Shown here one piece after another: positions 9,588-19,195 of a stretch of DNA of 64,000 nucleotides (position 1 is the stretch's first letter; the number at the start of each line of letters is the position of its first letter). Made by a program: the position numbers and the translations under genes. Under the pieces are notes generated by a model. It saw only the letters and a program-made list of their open reading frames with translations. It was not told the origin of the DNA and did no database searches. Origin of the DNA: an uncultured Gemmatimonadales bacterium (lineage in GTDB: Bacteria; Gemmatimonadota; Gemmatimonadetes; Longimicrobiales; Gaopeijiaceae); the NCBI GenBank assembly GCA_963809895.1, contig CAWELD010000003.1, positions 2,528,001 through 2,592,000 of the forward strand, in the 5' to 3' direction.

Positions 9588-12059
9588 ATGGATCGTCTCA
9601 AGAGCCATCTGACCGTCGCCGTCCGCAGGCTCGTTCGGGCTCCCCTCTTCGCCGTCACCGCCGTGGTCACCCTGGCGGTGGGGATCGGTGCCAACACGGC
9701 CATCTTCAGCGTCGTAGACGGCGTGCTCTTGAAGCCCCTCCCCTTCCGGGACAGCGACGAGTTGCTGGGCCTGTGGTTCACGGCCCCGGGGCTGAACTTC
9801 GACATCGTGCCCCAGTCCCCGGCCACCTACCTGACCTTCCGCGAAGACTCCCAGCGCCTGGACGACGTGGCGCTCTGGTCCAGCCGGACGGCGCAGGTCA
9901 CGGGCCAGGCGGAGCCCGAGCAGGTGGAGTCGCTCATGGTCACCGACGGCTTCCTTCCCGTCCTCGACGTCGATGCCGCCCTGGGTCGCCGTTTCACCGC
10001 CGACGACGACCAGGCGGAGGCACCGCGCACGGTGATGCTGAGTCACGCCTACTGGGAGCGGGCCTTCGGGGCTTCGTCCGACGCCATCGGCCAGACGCTC
10101 CAGGTGGACGGGCGCCCGTGGGAGATCATCGGCGTGCTGCCGGAGGGCTTCCACTTCATGGATCGGGATCCGGCCTTCCTCTTCCCGGCGCGCCTCGATC
10201 CCGCCGAGGTCTTCATGGGCAATTTCTCCTACCAGGGAATCGCCCGCATGAAGCCCGGGGTGACCCCCGACCAGGTGGCTGCGGAGATGGAACGCCTGAT
10301 CCCGGTGGCGGCGGAGCGCTATCCCGGACCGGTGTCACTGTCCATGCTCGAGCAGGCGCGCTTCGCACCCATCGTACACCCGCTCAAGGACGACATGGTG
10401 GGCGACGTGCGCCCGGTGCTGTGGGTGCTGCTGGGAACGGTGGCCATGGTGCTCCTGATCGCCTGTGCCAACGTGGCCAATCTCTTCCTGGTCCGTGCCG
10501 AATCGAACCAACGGGACGTGGCGGTGCGCACCGCGCTGGGCGCCGGCCGGGGTGACATCGCCGGACAGTTCCTCACGGAGAGCGTACTGCTGGGGCTCGT
10601 GGGCGGACTCGGGGGGGTGGGCCTGGCCTGGGTCGGACTGGAGTTCCTGCTGTCGCGGGCCCCGGCGGGCCTGCCGCGAATCGATCAGATCACCCTCGGC
10701 CCGCTGGTGCTCACCTTCACCCTGGCGATCTCGGTGCTGGCCGGACTGTTGTTCGGGGGATTCGCGCTGCTGCGCTACGGCCGTCCAGACATGGTCACGT
10801 CGCTCAAGGAGGGGGGCCGGGGCTCGGCGCAGGGCAAGGAGCGTCACCGGGCCCGCAACACCCTGGTGGTGGCCCAGATGGCGCTGGCCCTGGTGCTCCT
10901 CGTGGGCTCGGGGCTCATGATCCGCTCCTTTCAGGCTCTCCGCGGAGTGGATCCGGGCTTCGATTCCGACGACCGCTTCACCTTCCGGGTGAGCGTGCCC
11001 CAGGCCGTCATGCCCGACGAGGATGAAACGGTGGCGGCCTACGAGCAGATGCTCCGAAACCTCGAGGCGATCCCGGGGGTCGAGGCTGTGGGCAGCGCCA
11101 GCGCCGTCCCCATGGGCGGCTCGGACTCCAACGACGCCGTCTACGTCGAGGACCATCCGACACCCGAGGGAGAGATCCCGCCCATCCGTCGCTTCGACTG
11201 GGTGCTCCCGGGATACTTCGCCGCAATGGACATTCCGGTGGTCGCGGGCCGGGACCTGACGTGGGACGACATCCGGGAGGGCCGGCCCAGGGTGGTCGTG
11301 TCCGAGAACTTCGCCCGCGAGTACTGGGGCGAGCCCCGGGCCGCCCTCGGAAAGCGGGTGAGCACCATCAACATCAACGACGAAGCTCCGGTCTGGCAGG
11401 AGATCGTCGGCGTGGTGGGGAACGTCCACATGGACGGGCTGGACCACGACCCCGAGGCGGTCATGTACTGGCCCATGTACCAGACCGAACTCTACGGCCA
11501 GGGCTACGAGCTGCGGCGGAGCATGGTGTTCGTGCTGCACGCGCGTCCCGGGGTCATGGCGACGCTGCTCCCGTCGGCTCGCCAGGCGGTCCGCCAGGTG
11601 ACCACCAGCGTGCCCCTGGCACAGATCCGTACCCAGGCCGAGCTGGTGCGGCGGTCCATGGCCCGCACCTCCTTCACGCTGGTGATGCTGGGGATCGCCG
11701 CCCTGGTGGCGCTCCTCCTGGGCGCGGTGGGCATCTACGGCGTCATCTCCTACGCCGTCAGCCAGCGCACGCGCGAAATCGGCGTGCGCATGGCGTTGGG
11801 TGCCGAGCGGGGCGCGGTGGCCAGGATGGTGGTGGGCCAGGGCATGGTCCTGGTGGCCGCGGGCGTGGGCATCGGCCTCATGGCTGCCTTCGGCCTGACG
11901 CGCCTCATGGCCTCACTGCTCTACGGTGTGCGGCCCCTCGACTTCCCCACCTACGGGGTGGTCTCGGTGGCCCTCGCCGGCGTGGCCGTGGTGGCGAGCT
12001 GGCTCCCGGCTCGACGGGCGGCGCGTGTGGATCCGGCGACGACGCTGAGAGAAGAGTAG
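9588..12059 (+). CDS. duplicated-domain orphan ABC permease (ADOP-like), no N-terminal prefix domain
   Basis: GIGANTAIFSVV, LLIACANVANL, VSQRTREIGVRMALGA; two MacB/FtsX halves. Confidence 0.92.
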   Translation: MDRLKSHLTVAVRRLVRAPLFAVTAVVTLAVGIGANTAIFSVVDGVLLKPLPFRDSDELLGLWFTAPGLNFDIVPQSPATYLTFREDSQRLDDVALWSSRTAQVTGQAEPEQVESLMVTDGFLPVLDVDAALGRRFTADDDQAEAPRTVMLSHAYWERAFGASSDAIGQTLQVDGRPWEIIGVLPEGFHFMDRDPAFLFPARLDPAEVFMGNFSYQGIARMKPGVTPDQVAAEMERLIPVAAERYPGPVSLSMLEQARFAPIVHPLKDDMVGDVRPVLWVLLGTVAMVLLIACANVANLFLVRAESNQRDVAVRTALGAGRGDIAGQFLTESVLLGLVGGLGGVGLAWVGLEFLLSRAPAGLPRIDQITLGPLVLTFTLAISVLAGLLFGGFALLRYGRPDMVTSLKEGGRGSAQGKERHRARNTLVVAQMALALVLLVGSGLMIRSFQALRGVDPGFDSDDRFTFRVSVPQAVMPDEDETVAAYEQMLRNLEAIPGVEAVGSASAVPMGGSDSNDAVYVEDHPTPEGEIPPIRRFDWVLPGYFAAMDIPVVAGRDLTWDDIREGRPRVVVSENFAREYWGEPRAALGKRVSTININDEAPVWQEIVGVVGNVHMDGLDHDPEAVMYWPMYQTELYGQGYELRRSMVFVLHARPGVMATLLPSARQAVRQVTTSVPLAQIRTQAELVRRSMARTSFTLVMLGIAALVALLLGAVGIYGVISYAVSQRTREIGVRMALGAERGAVARMVVGQGMVLVAAGVGIGLMAAFGLTRLMASLLYGVRPLDFPTYGVVSVALAGVAVVASWLPARRAARVDPATTLREE

Positions 12060-12151
12060 GCGCGCTCCCTGGCGATTGTGGCCCAACGGCCACACGTTTG
12101 TGGCCGATCGAAACTCGTGCTGGACTCATCACGCCAATGGAGCGAACACCC

Positions 12152-12793
12152 ATGTCGATGTTCCTGAAGGGATGGACGAACGTCACTGCCTCCCGGAGCG
12201 CGCTGCTCGCGCTGGTCCTGGTGGCCGCGGCCGCGACCCCGGCAGCGGCCCAGTCGAAGCTGGACTTCGACCTCCGGGCGGGCGGCGCCATCCCCGCCGG
12301 CGACCTGAACGAAGTCAGCAAGCCCGGCGCGAGCGTCGGCGTAGGTGGCGCGTACCAGCTCGGCGATCGCTTGGCGTTCCGCGTCGACGGCGACCTGGAG
12401 TTGCTCAGCGAGCGCGAGCTCGCCGACGGCGTCATCATGCCGAAGGCGTATCTCTGGCACTATCACGCCGGCCTCGAGCTCGACGTCATGGGCGACGCGG
12501 AGTCCATGTGGCGGGTGCGGTTGCGCGGGGGTGCCGGCGGAACCACCTACGACACCAAGCTCTTCCAGAGCCGCAACGACGACTTCCTCGACACCTTCTT
12601 CTCGGTGAGCGGGGGTCTGTCGGTCGGGCGCCAGATCAGCGACGGCATGGAGCTGGGCGTGATCGGTCAGGCCTACGTCACCTTCACGGACAAGGACCGG
12701 ACGGCCGAGTTCGTCCAGGAGTCCAGCCTTCTGAACGAGTTCTCCAAGGCGTCGAGCTTCCCGATCCAGCTCTACCTGCGCTGGACCCGCTAG
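12152..12793 (+). CDS. putative outer-membrane beta-barrel protein (start 12137, 12152 or 12158)
   Basis: signal peptide ending AAA-Q, alternating beta-strand pattern, C-terminal LYLRW. Confidence 0.65.
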   Translation: MSMFLKGWTNVTASRSALLALVLVAAAATPAAAQSKLDFDLRAGGAIPAGDLNEVSKPGASVGVGGAYQLGDRLAFRVDGDLELLSERELADGVIMPKAYLWHYHAGLELDVMGDAESMWRVRLRGGAGGTTYDTKLFQSRNDDFLDTFFSVSGGLSVGRQISDGMELGVIGQAYVTFTDKDRTAEFVQESSLLNEFSKASSFPIQLYLRWTR

Positions 12794-12812
12794 CGCGTCT
12801 CGCGCCGCGTCG

Positions 12813-12857
12813 ACGCCCCGGCCGCCGTCGCTGTCATGCGACCGTCGGCCGGGGCGT
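12813..12857. terminator. GC-rich stem-loop after the beta-barrel gene (possible terminator or RNA-stability hairpin)
   Basis: ACGCCCCGGCCG (12813-12824) pairs with CGGCCGGGGCGT (12846-12857), inner GTCGC/GCGAC stem; no clear U-tract. Confidence 0.4.
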
Positions 12858-12935
12858 TCGCATGTGCTGCAACGGCGTCGGCGCTCCCCCTGTCTCACCA
12901 GGCAGTGTCGACGCTCCGAACGACGAGAGGGGTTC

Positions 12936-15446
12936 ATGCTCAGGTTGAAGCTGGCGATCCGCACCCTGGTGAAGACGCCGTTCATCACCGCGGTGGCGGT
13001 GCTCTCCCTGGCGTTGGGGATCGGCGCCAACACCGCCATCTATTCGCTCTTCGACCAGATGCTGCTGCGGTCGCTTCCGGTCCGGGAGCCGGACCGGCTG
13101 GTGAACCTGTCCGCGCCGGGGCCCAAGCCCGGGTCGCAGTCCTGCACGCAAGCGGGAAGCTGCGAGGACGTCTTCAGCTACCCGATGTTCCGCGACCTGC
13201 AGCGGGCCGAAGGACCCTTCAGCGGGGTGGCGGCCCACCGGCGCTTCTCCGCCAACCTGTCGTTCGAGGGGCGCACGCTGAGCGCGACCGGGCTCCTGGT
13301 GTCGGGATCCTATTTCCCGGTCCTGGGCGTGCGCCCGGCGCTGGGCCGGCTGTTCGACCGCGGCGACGACCGCAACCCGGGGGAACAGCGCGTCGTGGTC
13401 CTCTCGCACGACTACTGGGAAAGCAAGTTGGGGAGCGACCCGGGCGTGCTCGATCGAAGCATGGTGGTGAACGGGATCTCCATGACCGTGGTGGGCGTCG
13501 CGGCGCGCGGCTTCACCGGAACCACCCTGGGTCTGGACCCCGACGTCTTCGTGCCCCTGACCATGCGCACCGAGTTGGAACCGCTCTTCGGAGATACGTT
13601 CGAGAACCGACGCGCGTACTGGGCCTACGTGTTCGCGCGTCTGAAGCCGGGGATATCGATGCAGCGGGCTTCGGAAGAGGTGAACAACCTCTACCACGGC
13701 ATCATCGACGAGGTCGAGGTGCCGCTGCAGGAAGGCATGAGCGAGACCACCCTGGCCCGCTTCCGCGACAAGGACATCCTGCTCGAATCGGGATCCCGTG
13801 GCCAGAGCTCCCTGGCGGCGGATGCGCGCACGCCTCTCACGCTCCTCCTGGCCATCACGGGCGTGGTCCTGCTCATCGCCTGCGCCAACATCGCGAACCT
13901 GCTCCTGGCCCGCGGGGCCGCCCGAACCCAGGAGATGGCGATCCGGAGCTCGCTGGGCGCCGGCCGCGGCCGACTCGTCGGCCAGCTCCTCTCCGAATCG
14001 CTGGCCCTGGCGCTCCTGGGGGGCGTCGCGAGCCTGCTGGTGGCCCACTGGACCCTCGCCGCCATCGGGTCCATGATGCCGGCGGAGCAGCTCGGCGGCC
14101 TGACGCTCCGCATCCGGCCTTCCCTGCTCTTGTTCACGGGCGCCCTGGTGCTGGGCACGGGGATCCTCTTCGGCCTCTTTCCCACGCTGCACGCGACCCG
14201 CGCTGACCTGGTCACGACCCTGAAAGGCAGCTCGGGTCAGCCGTCGGGCGCACGTGCCGCCGCCCGCTTCCGCACGAGCCTCGTGACGGCCCAGATCGCG
14301 CTGTCCATGACCCTCCTGGTGGCCGCAGGGCTCTTCATCCGGAGCCTCGTCAACCTCAGCCGGGTGGATCTGGGGCTCGACACGCGCCATACGTTGGTCT
14401 TCGGCGTCTCGCCCGTGTTGAACGGCTACGAGGCGGAAGAAAGCATGTCGCTCTTCCAGAGGGCGGAAAGCGAGTTGAGCGCGATCCCCGGCGTCGGCGG
14501 CGTGACCGCTGCCACGGTCCCCGTGCTCGGCGGCAGCTCGTGGAGCAACAGCGTCTCGGTGGAGGGATTCGAGGGCGGTCCCGACGTGGACCAGAGCTCG
14601 CAGTACAACGAGGTGGGCCCACACTACTTCAGCACCCTGGGCATGCCGTTGCTCGGCGGGCGGGAGTTCGACGAGCGCGACGGCGGCAACGCGCCCCCGG
14701 TGGCCATCGTCAACGAGGCATTCGCGCGCAAGTTCGGACTCGACCCGCGGCAAGCGGTGGGAAAACGGATGTCCCGGGATCGCTCGTCCGACCCCGAGCA
14801 GTTGGACATCCAGATCGTCGGCGTCGTGCAGGACGCGAAGTACAACGACGTGAAGGAGGCGGATCCCCCCGTCTTCTTCGTCCCCTACCGCCAGGACCCG
14901 GGCGTCGGCTTTCTGTATTTCTACCTGCGAACCTCGCTCGACCCGACCCAGGTGATGCGGGCGATTCCCGAGGTGATCGGACGGCTGGACCCGAACCTGC
15001 CCGTGGAGGACCTCAAGACGCTGGACGCGCAGGTCCGGGAGAACGTCTACTCGGATCGCATGATCAGCTCGCTGTCCACGGCCTTCGCCGTGCTCGCCAC
15101 ACTGCTGGCGGCCGTGGGTCTCTACGGCGTCCTGGCGTACACCGTGGCCCAGCGCACGCGTGAGATCGGGCTGCGCATGGCACTGGGCGCGGGCTCGGAG
15201 CGGGTGCGGGGAATGGTGCTTCGGCAGGTGACGCGCATGCTCGTGGTGGGTGGGGTCCTGGGTCTCGGCGCCGGCCTGGCGCTGGGGAGGGCGGCACGGG
15301 CACTCCTCTTCGGCCTGGAGGGCTCGGACCCCTGGGTGATCGTGGCGGTGACCCTCATCCTCACCGTGGTGGCCCTGGGAGCGGGATATCTGCCGGCGCG
15401 GCGAGCCTCACGCGTGGATCCCATGCAGGCGCTTCGCTACGAATAG
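12936..15446 (+). CDS. duplicated-domain orphan ABC permease (ADOP-like), no N-terminal prefix domain
   Basis: GIGANTAIYSLF, LLIACANIANLLL, VAQRTREIGLRMALGA, DPMQALRYE. Confidence 0.93.
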   Translation: MLRLKLAIRTLVKTPFITAVAVLSLALGIGANTAIYSLFDQMLLRSLPVREPDRLVNLSAPGPKPGSQSCTQAGSCEDVFSYPMFRDLQRAEGPFSGVAAHRRFSANLSFEGRTLSATGLLVSGSYFPVLGVRPALGRLFDRGDDRNPGEQRVVVLSHDYWESKLGSDPGVLDRSMVVNGISMTVVGVAARGFTGTTLGLDPDVFVPLTMRTELEPLFGDTFENRRAYWAYVFARLKPGISMQRASEEVNNLYHGIIDEVEVPLQEGMSETTLARFRDKDILLESGSRGQSSLAADARTPLTLLLAITGVVLLIACANIANLLLARGAARTQEMAIRSSLGAGRGRLVGQLLSESLALALLGGVASLLVAHWTLAAIGSMMPAEQLGGLTLRIRPSLLLFTGALVLGTGILFGLFPTLHATRADLVTTLKGSSGQPSGARAAARFRTSLVTAQIALSMTLLVAAGLFIRSLVNLSRVDLGLDTRHTLVFGVSPVLNGYEAEESMSLFQRAESELSAIPGVGGVTAATVPVLGGSSWSNSVSVEGFEGGPDVDQSSQYNEVGPHYFSTLGMPLLGGREFDERDGGNAPPVAIVNEAFARKFGLDPRQAVGKRMSRDRSSDPEQLDIQIVGVVQDAKYNDVKEADPPVFFVPYRQDPGVGFLYFYLRTSLDPTQVMRAIPEVIGRLDPNLPVEDLKTLDAQVRENVYSDRMISSLSTAFAVLATLLAAVGLYGVLAYTVAQRTREIGLRMALGAGSERVRGMVLRQVTRMLVVGGVLGLGAGLALGRAARALLFGLEGSDPWVIVAVTLILTVVALGAGYLPARRASRVDPMQALRYE

Positions 15447-15524
15447 CGGGCACATCGTGACGCCTCGCGGGTTGACCGAGGAGCAGGACCGAGAATCCTC
15501 CGAACGCCAACGACACGAGGCACC

Positions 15525-15950
15525 ATGAAGCGCAAAGGCTCAGCGATCTGGGAAGGCACTCTTCGCGAGGGACGTGGGCAGGTTTCGTCGGATAGCGGCG
15601 CCCTGTCCGGGGTCCCCTACACCTTCGGCATGCGGTTCGAGAGCGATCGGGGCACGAACCCCGAGGAGCTCATCGCGGCGGCGCACGCCGGGTGTTTCTC
15701 CATGGCCCTCTCCGGCGGCCTCCAGAAGGCCGGCTTCGATCCGAAGCGCATCGACACCGAGGCGGTGGTCACCCTCGAGAAGGGCGACGACGGATTCTCC
15801 ATCACGGCGGTGCACCTCACCACCCGGGCGGAAGTGCCCGGCGCCGATCGTGAGGGCTTCGCCAAGGCCGCCGCTGACGCCAAGAAGGGCTGCCCGGTGA
15901 GCAAGGTGCTCAACGCCGACATCACGCTGGAGGCGACGCTCGTGACCTGA
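15525..15950 (+). CDS. osmC: OsmC family peroxiredoxin
   Basis: GTNPEELIAAAHAGCFSMAL and KGCPVSK. Confidence 0.95.
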   Translation: MKRKGSAIWEGTLREGRGQVSSDSGALSGVPYTFGMRFESDRGTNPEELIAAAHAGCFSMALSGGLQKAGFDPKRIDTEAVVTLEKGDDGFSITAVHLTTRAEVPGADREGFAKAAADAKKGCPVSKVLNADITLEATLVT

Positions 15951-15979
15951 CCGGGCGCACCGGGTGACGCCGCTCTTGC

Positions 15980-16034
15980 GCTCTCCGGAATAGGTAGACA
16001 GACTAACGTTAGACAGTCTACCTATTCCGAGAGC
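15980..16034. promoter_or_regulatory. long palindrome with tandem putative PadR operators
   Basis: CGGAATAGGTAGAC (15986-15999) / GTCTACCTATTCCG (16016-16029) perfect arms; contains TAGACAGACTA and TAGACAGTCTA; directly upstream of padR. Confidence 0.7.
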
Positions 16035-16043
16035 CGTCCCTCC

Positions 16044-16367
16044 ATGGATCTCCTCCCCGGCACACTCGATCTCCTCGTTCTGCGCATCCTGGATGACGAG
16101 GCGCTGCACGGCTACGCCATCGCCCGGCGCATCGAGCAGCTCTCGCGAGACGAGCTCAAGGTGGAGCAGGGATCGCTGTACCCCGCGCTCTACCGCCTCG
16201 AGCGCGCGGGGCTGGTGGGCTCTGCCAAGGGGACCTCGGAGACCGGCCGGCGTGTGAAGGTCTACGCCCTCACCGCCGCGGGCCGGGCGAAGCTCGCCGA
16301 CGAGGTCGCGGGGTGGGACCGGTTCGTGAAGGCGGTGGGCCGGGTGGTACGGGGGTACGCGCCATGA
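16044..16367 (+). CDS. PadR family transcriptional regulator (acidobacterial type)
   Basis: LLPGTLDLLVL, LHGYAI, QGSLYPALYRLE, YALTAAGR; ATGA overlap with permease. Confidence 0.95.
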   Translation: MDLLPGTLDLLVLRILDDEALHGYAIARRIEQLSRDELKVEQGSLYPALYRLERAGLVGSAKGTSETGRRVKVYALTAAGRAKLADEVAGWDRFVKAVGRVVRGYAP

Positions 16368-19106
16368 GCCCGTTGCGCAGTCTCGTGTGGTGGCTCCGCA
16401 GCCGCCTGGGACGAGGTCGGATCACGCGCGAGGTGGACGAGGACATCCGGACCCACATCGAGCTGGACGCCGAGCGCCTCCGCAAAGAAGGGCTGGCCCC
16501 CGAGGAGGCCCTCCGCCGCGCCCGCGAGCGCTTCGGAAATCAGGAAGGCATCCGCCGGGAGATGCTGGCCATCGCCGCGGGAAAGCCGTCGCCCTCGAGC
16601 CACTCCCTGGCCGAGTCGGTCACGCTTCATCTGCGTCACGCCTTCCGCTCGCTCCGCGCCACCCCGGGAGCCACCGCGCTCGTCGTGGCGACCCTGTCCA
16701 TCGCCGTGGCGGTCCACACGCTCACCGTCGCCGTGGCGAACACGGTCTTCCTGGGTGACGGCGGGGTCTCGGACGCGTCGCGGGTGGTCTCGGTCTTCGG
16801 ATATTACGAGGCGCTTCCCGAGGGGCAGAGGGAGCAGCCCCTCGCCGGCCTGCAGGTCGCGCAGACGCTGAACGCCGACGCGGCGGAAGCCGTGGCGGGC
16901 TTCAAGTCGGACTACTTCAACCTGACCGGCCACGGGCGGCCTCGTCGACTGGACGGCTTGCGCACGACGCCCGGCCTGTTCCGGGTGGCGGGGGTTCGTC
17001 CGATGCTCGGACCGGGCTTCCGGGACGTGACGACCGGTGAGGAGCGGGTGGCCGTGATCTCGTGGAGCCTCTGGCAGGAGTTGGGGGCGGATCCCGAGCT
17101 GCTCGGCACCGCGCTGCAGCTCAACGGGGAGCCGTTCGCCGTGGTGGGCGTGATGCCCGAGGGCTTCGACTTTCCCCGGCGGGAGGACCTGCCCGCAACC
17201 GTGCGCCTGCCCCGCCACCCCGACATCTGGGTGCCCTACGTGCTCCCGGAGCGAGGTCCCGGTGACATGGGCGTCGTGGCGAGACTGCGCCCCGGCGCCA
17301 CGCTGGCTGCGTTCGAGGGCGACATGAAGGCCGCACTCCGGGCCTTCGCGGCATCGTTGGCCGATCGCCTGAACGGACAGGAGCTGCCCTACAACCTGCG
17401 GGCGGTGCCGCTGCGAGAGCAGGCCACGGGCCCCATCCGGCCGGCGGTGACTCTCCTCCTGGTGGCGGCGACCCTGGTCCTCCTGGTGGCCATGGGGAAC
17501 GTGACCGGTGTGGGTGTGGCCCGTGGCGAGGCCCGGGCCGGCGAGCTCGCGGTGCGCATGGCCCTGGGCTCTGGACGCCGGGGGGTCGCGGCGCTCATCG
17601 CCGCGGAGAGTCTGCTGCTCGGCTCCGTGACCGCCGTGATCGGCGTGGGCCTCGCGGCGAGTCTGGCGGCCGTGGTGCGTGACGCGGCGCCCGCGAGCAT
17701 GCCGGGCGTGGATCAGCTCCACATCCCCCTGCCCTTGATGGCGCTGGCGCTGGCCGTCTCGCTGGCGGGAGCGGGGTGCCTGGCGCTGGGGTCGGTGGCT
17801 CGCGTGCGCCGCTGGAGGCTCGGTGACGTCCTGCGCGGCAGTCGTGATGCGGGGTCCCGGGGCACCCGCCGCACGGGGCTGGCTCTCATCACCGTGGAGC
17901 TCGCTGCCACGTTGGTCCTTCTCTCGGGGTCGGTGGTGATGGTGAGGAGCGTGCTGGGGCTGCTTTCCGTGGATCCCGGCTTCGACCCGGGTCCGGTGCT
18001 CACCGCCGAGATCACCCTTCCGGAGGCGAGCTACCCCGACGAGGCGCGAACGCGGGCTGTGCAGCGAGCACAGCCGGCCGAGGGAGCCGACCCACCCGTG
18101 CCGCAATTCCAGCGGGCTCTGCTCGAACGCCTCGAGGCGCAGCCCGGAATCATGGCCGCCTCCTTCGTCCATCCCCTCCCCTTCGGCGGCGGCCAGGAGG
18201 CCAGCGTGTACTGGGTGGAGGGCCAGGAGCCCTTCGACGACCTGGCCATCGTGGACTACACCGTCGTCAGCGAGGGCTACTTCGAGAGCATGGGCATCCC
18301 GCTGCTGCAGGGACGCGAATTCACGCGGGCCGACCGGCACGACACGGAGCCCGTGGTGGTGGTGAGCCAATCCCTCGCCGACCAGTTTCCGGGCGGCAAG
18401 GCGGTGGGGGCCCGCATGAAGCTGGGCGGAGCCGCAGAAGCGCCGTATCCCTGGCTACGCGTCGTCGGGGTCGTCCCGGACGTGAAGCGCACCGACCTGG
18501 TCGAACCCCGCTCGGCCCGAGATGTACGTGCACGTCGCGCAGGGCGGCTACACCTCGCTGTCCACCTCGCGCCTGGTGGTGCGGGTGGCGGACGGCATGG
18601 CGCCGACCGATGCGGTGCCGGCGATCCGCGCCAGCCTGGCCGACATGGACCCGGACGTGCCGCTGGAGAACATCCAGTCGATGAACGATCTGTTGGCCGA
18701 CGCCACGAGCCGCGTGCGGTTCACGGCGCGGCTGGTGCTGGGATTCGCGGTGCTGTCGCTGCTCATCACCGCACTGGGGCTGTATTCGGCCGTCTCCTAC
18801 GCCGCCACGTCCCGCCGGCGGGAGCTCGCCGTGAGGGTGGCGCTGGGCGCGTCGTCGGGCGAGGTGCTGGGGACGGTGCTGGGCGAGACGGCGACGGCAC
18901 TGGTCGGGGGACTGCTCCTGGGGGCCGGCGGCGCCTACCTCACCTCGGGGTTGCTACGCGGGTTGGTATACGGCGTGGCGCCCTTCGAGCCGATATCGCT
19001 TCTGGCGGCCGTGGGGATCCTGTGCGCCACGGTGTTGCTGGCGGCGCAGGGCCCGGCCCGTACGACTCTGCGCATGGATCCGGCGAGGGTGCTGGCGCGG
19101 GATTGA
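16364..19106 (+). CDS. duplicated-domain orphan ABC permease with N-terminal prefix domain; apparent +1 frameshift at 18506-18509
   Basis: prefix REVDEDIRTHIE..ARERFGN; removing one C from CCCC joins ...DLVEP to ARPEMYVHVAQ...RRRELAVRVALGA...DPARVLARD. Confidence 0.85.
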
Positions 19107-19195
19107 GTGGCGGCGGCTGGCTTCCGCCGGGTGCGGGGCCCAAGATGGGGGAGAAGCGGAAGCGCCTCCATCTCGTGCCCGGACCCGTCTGAACG

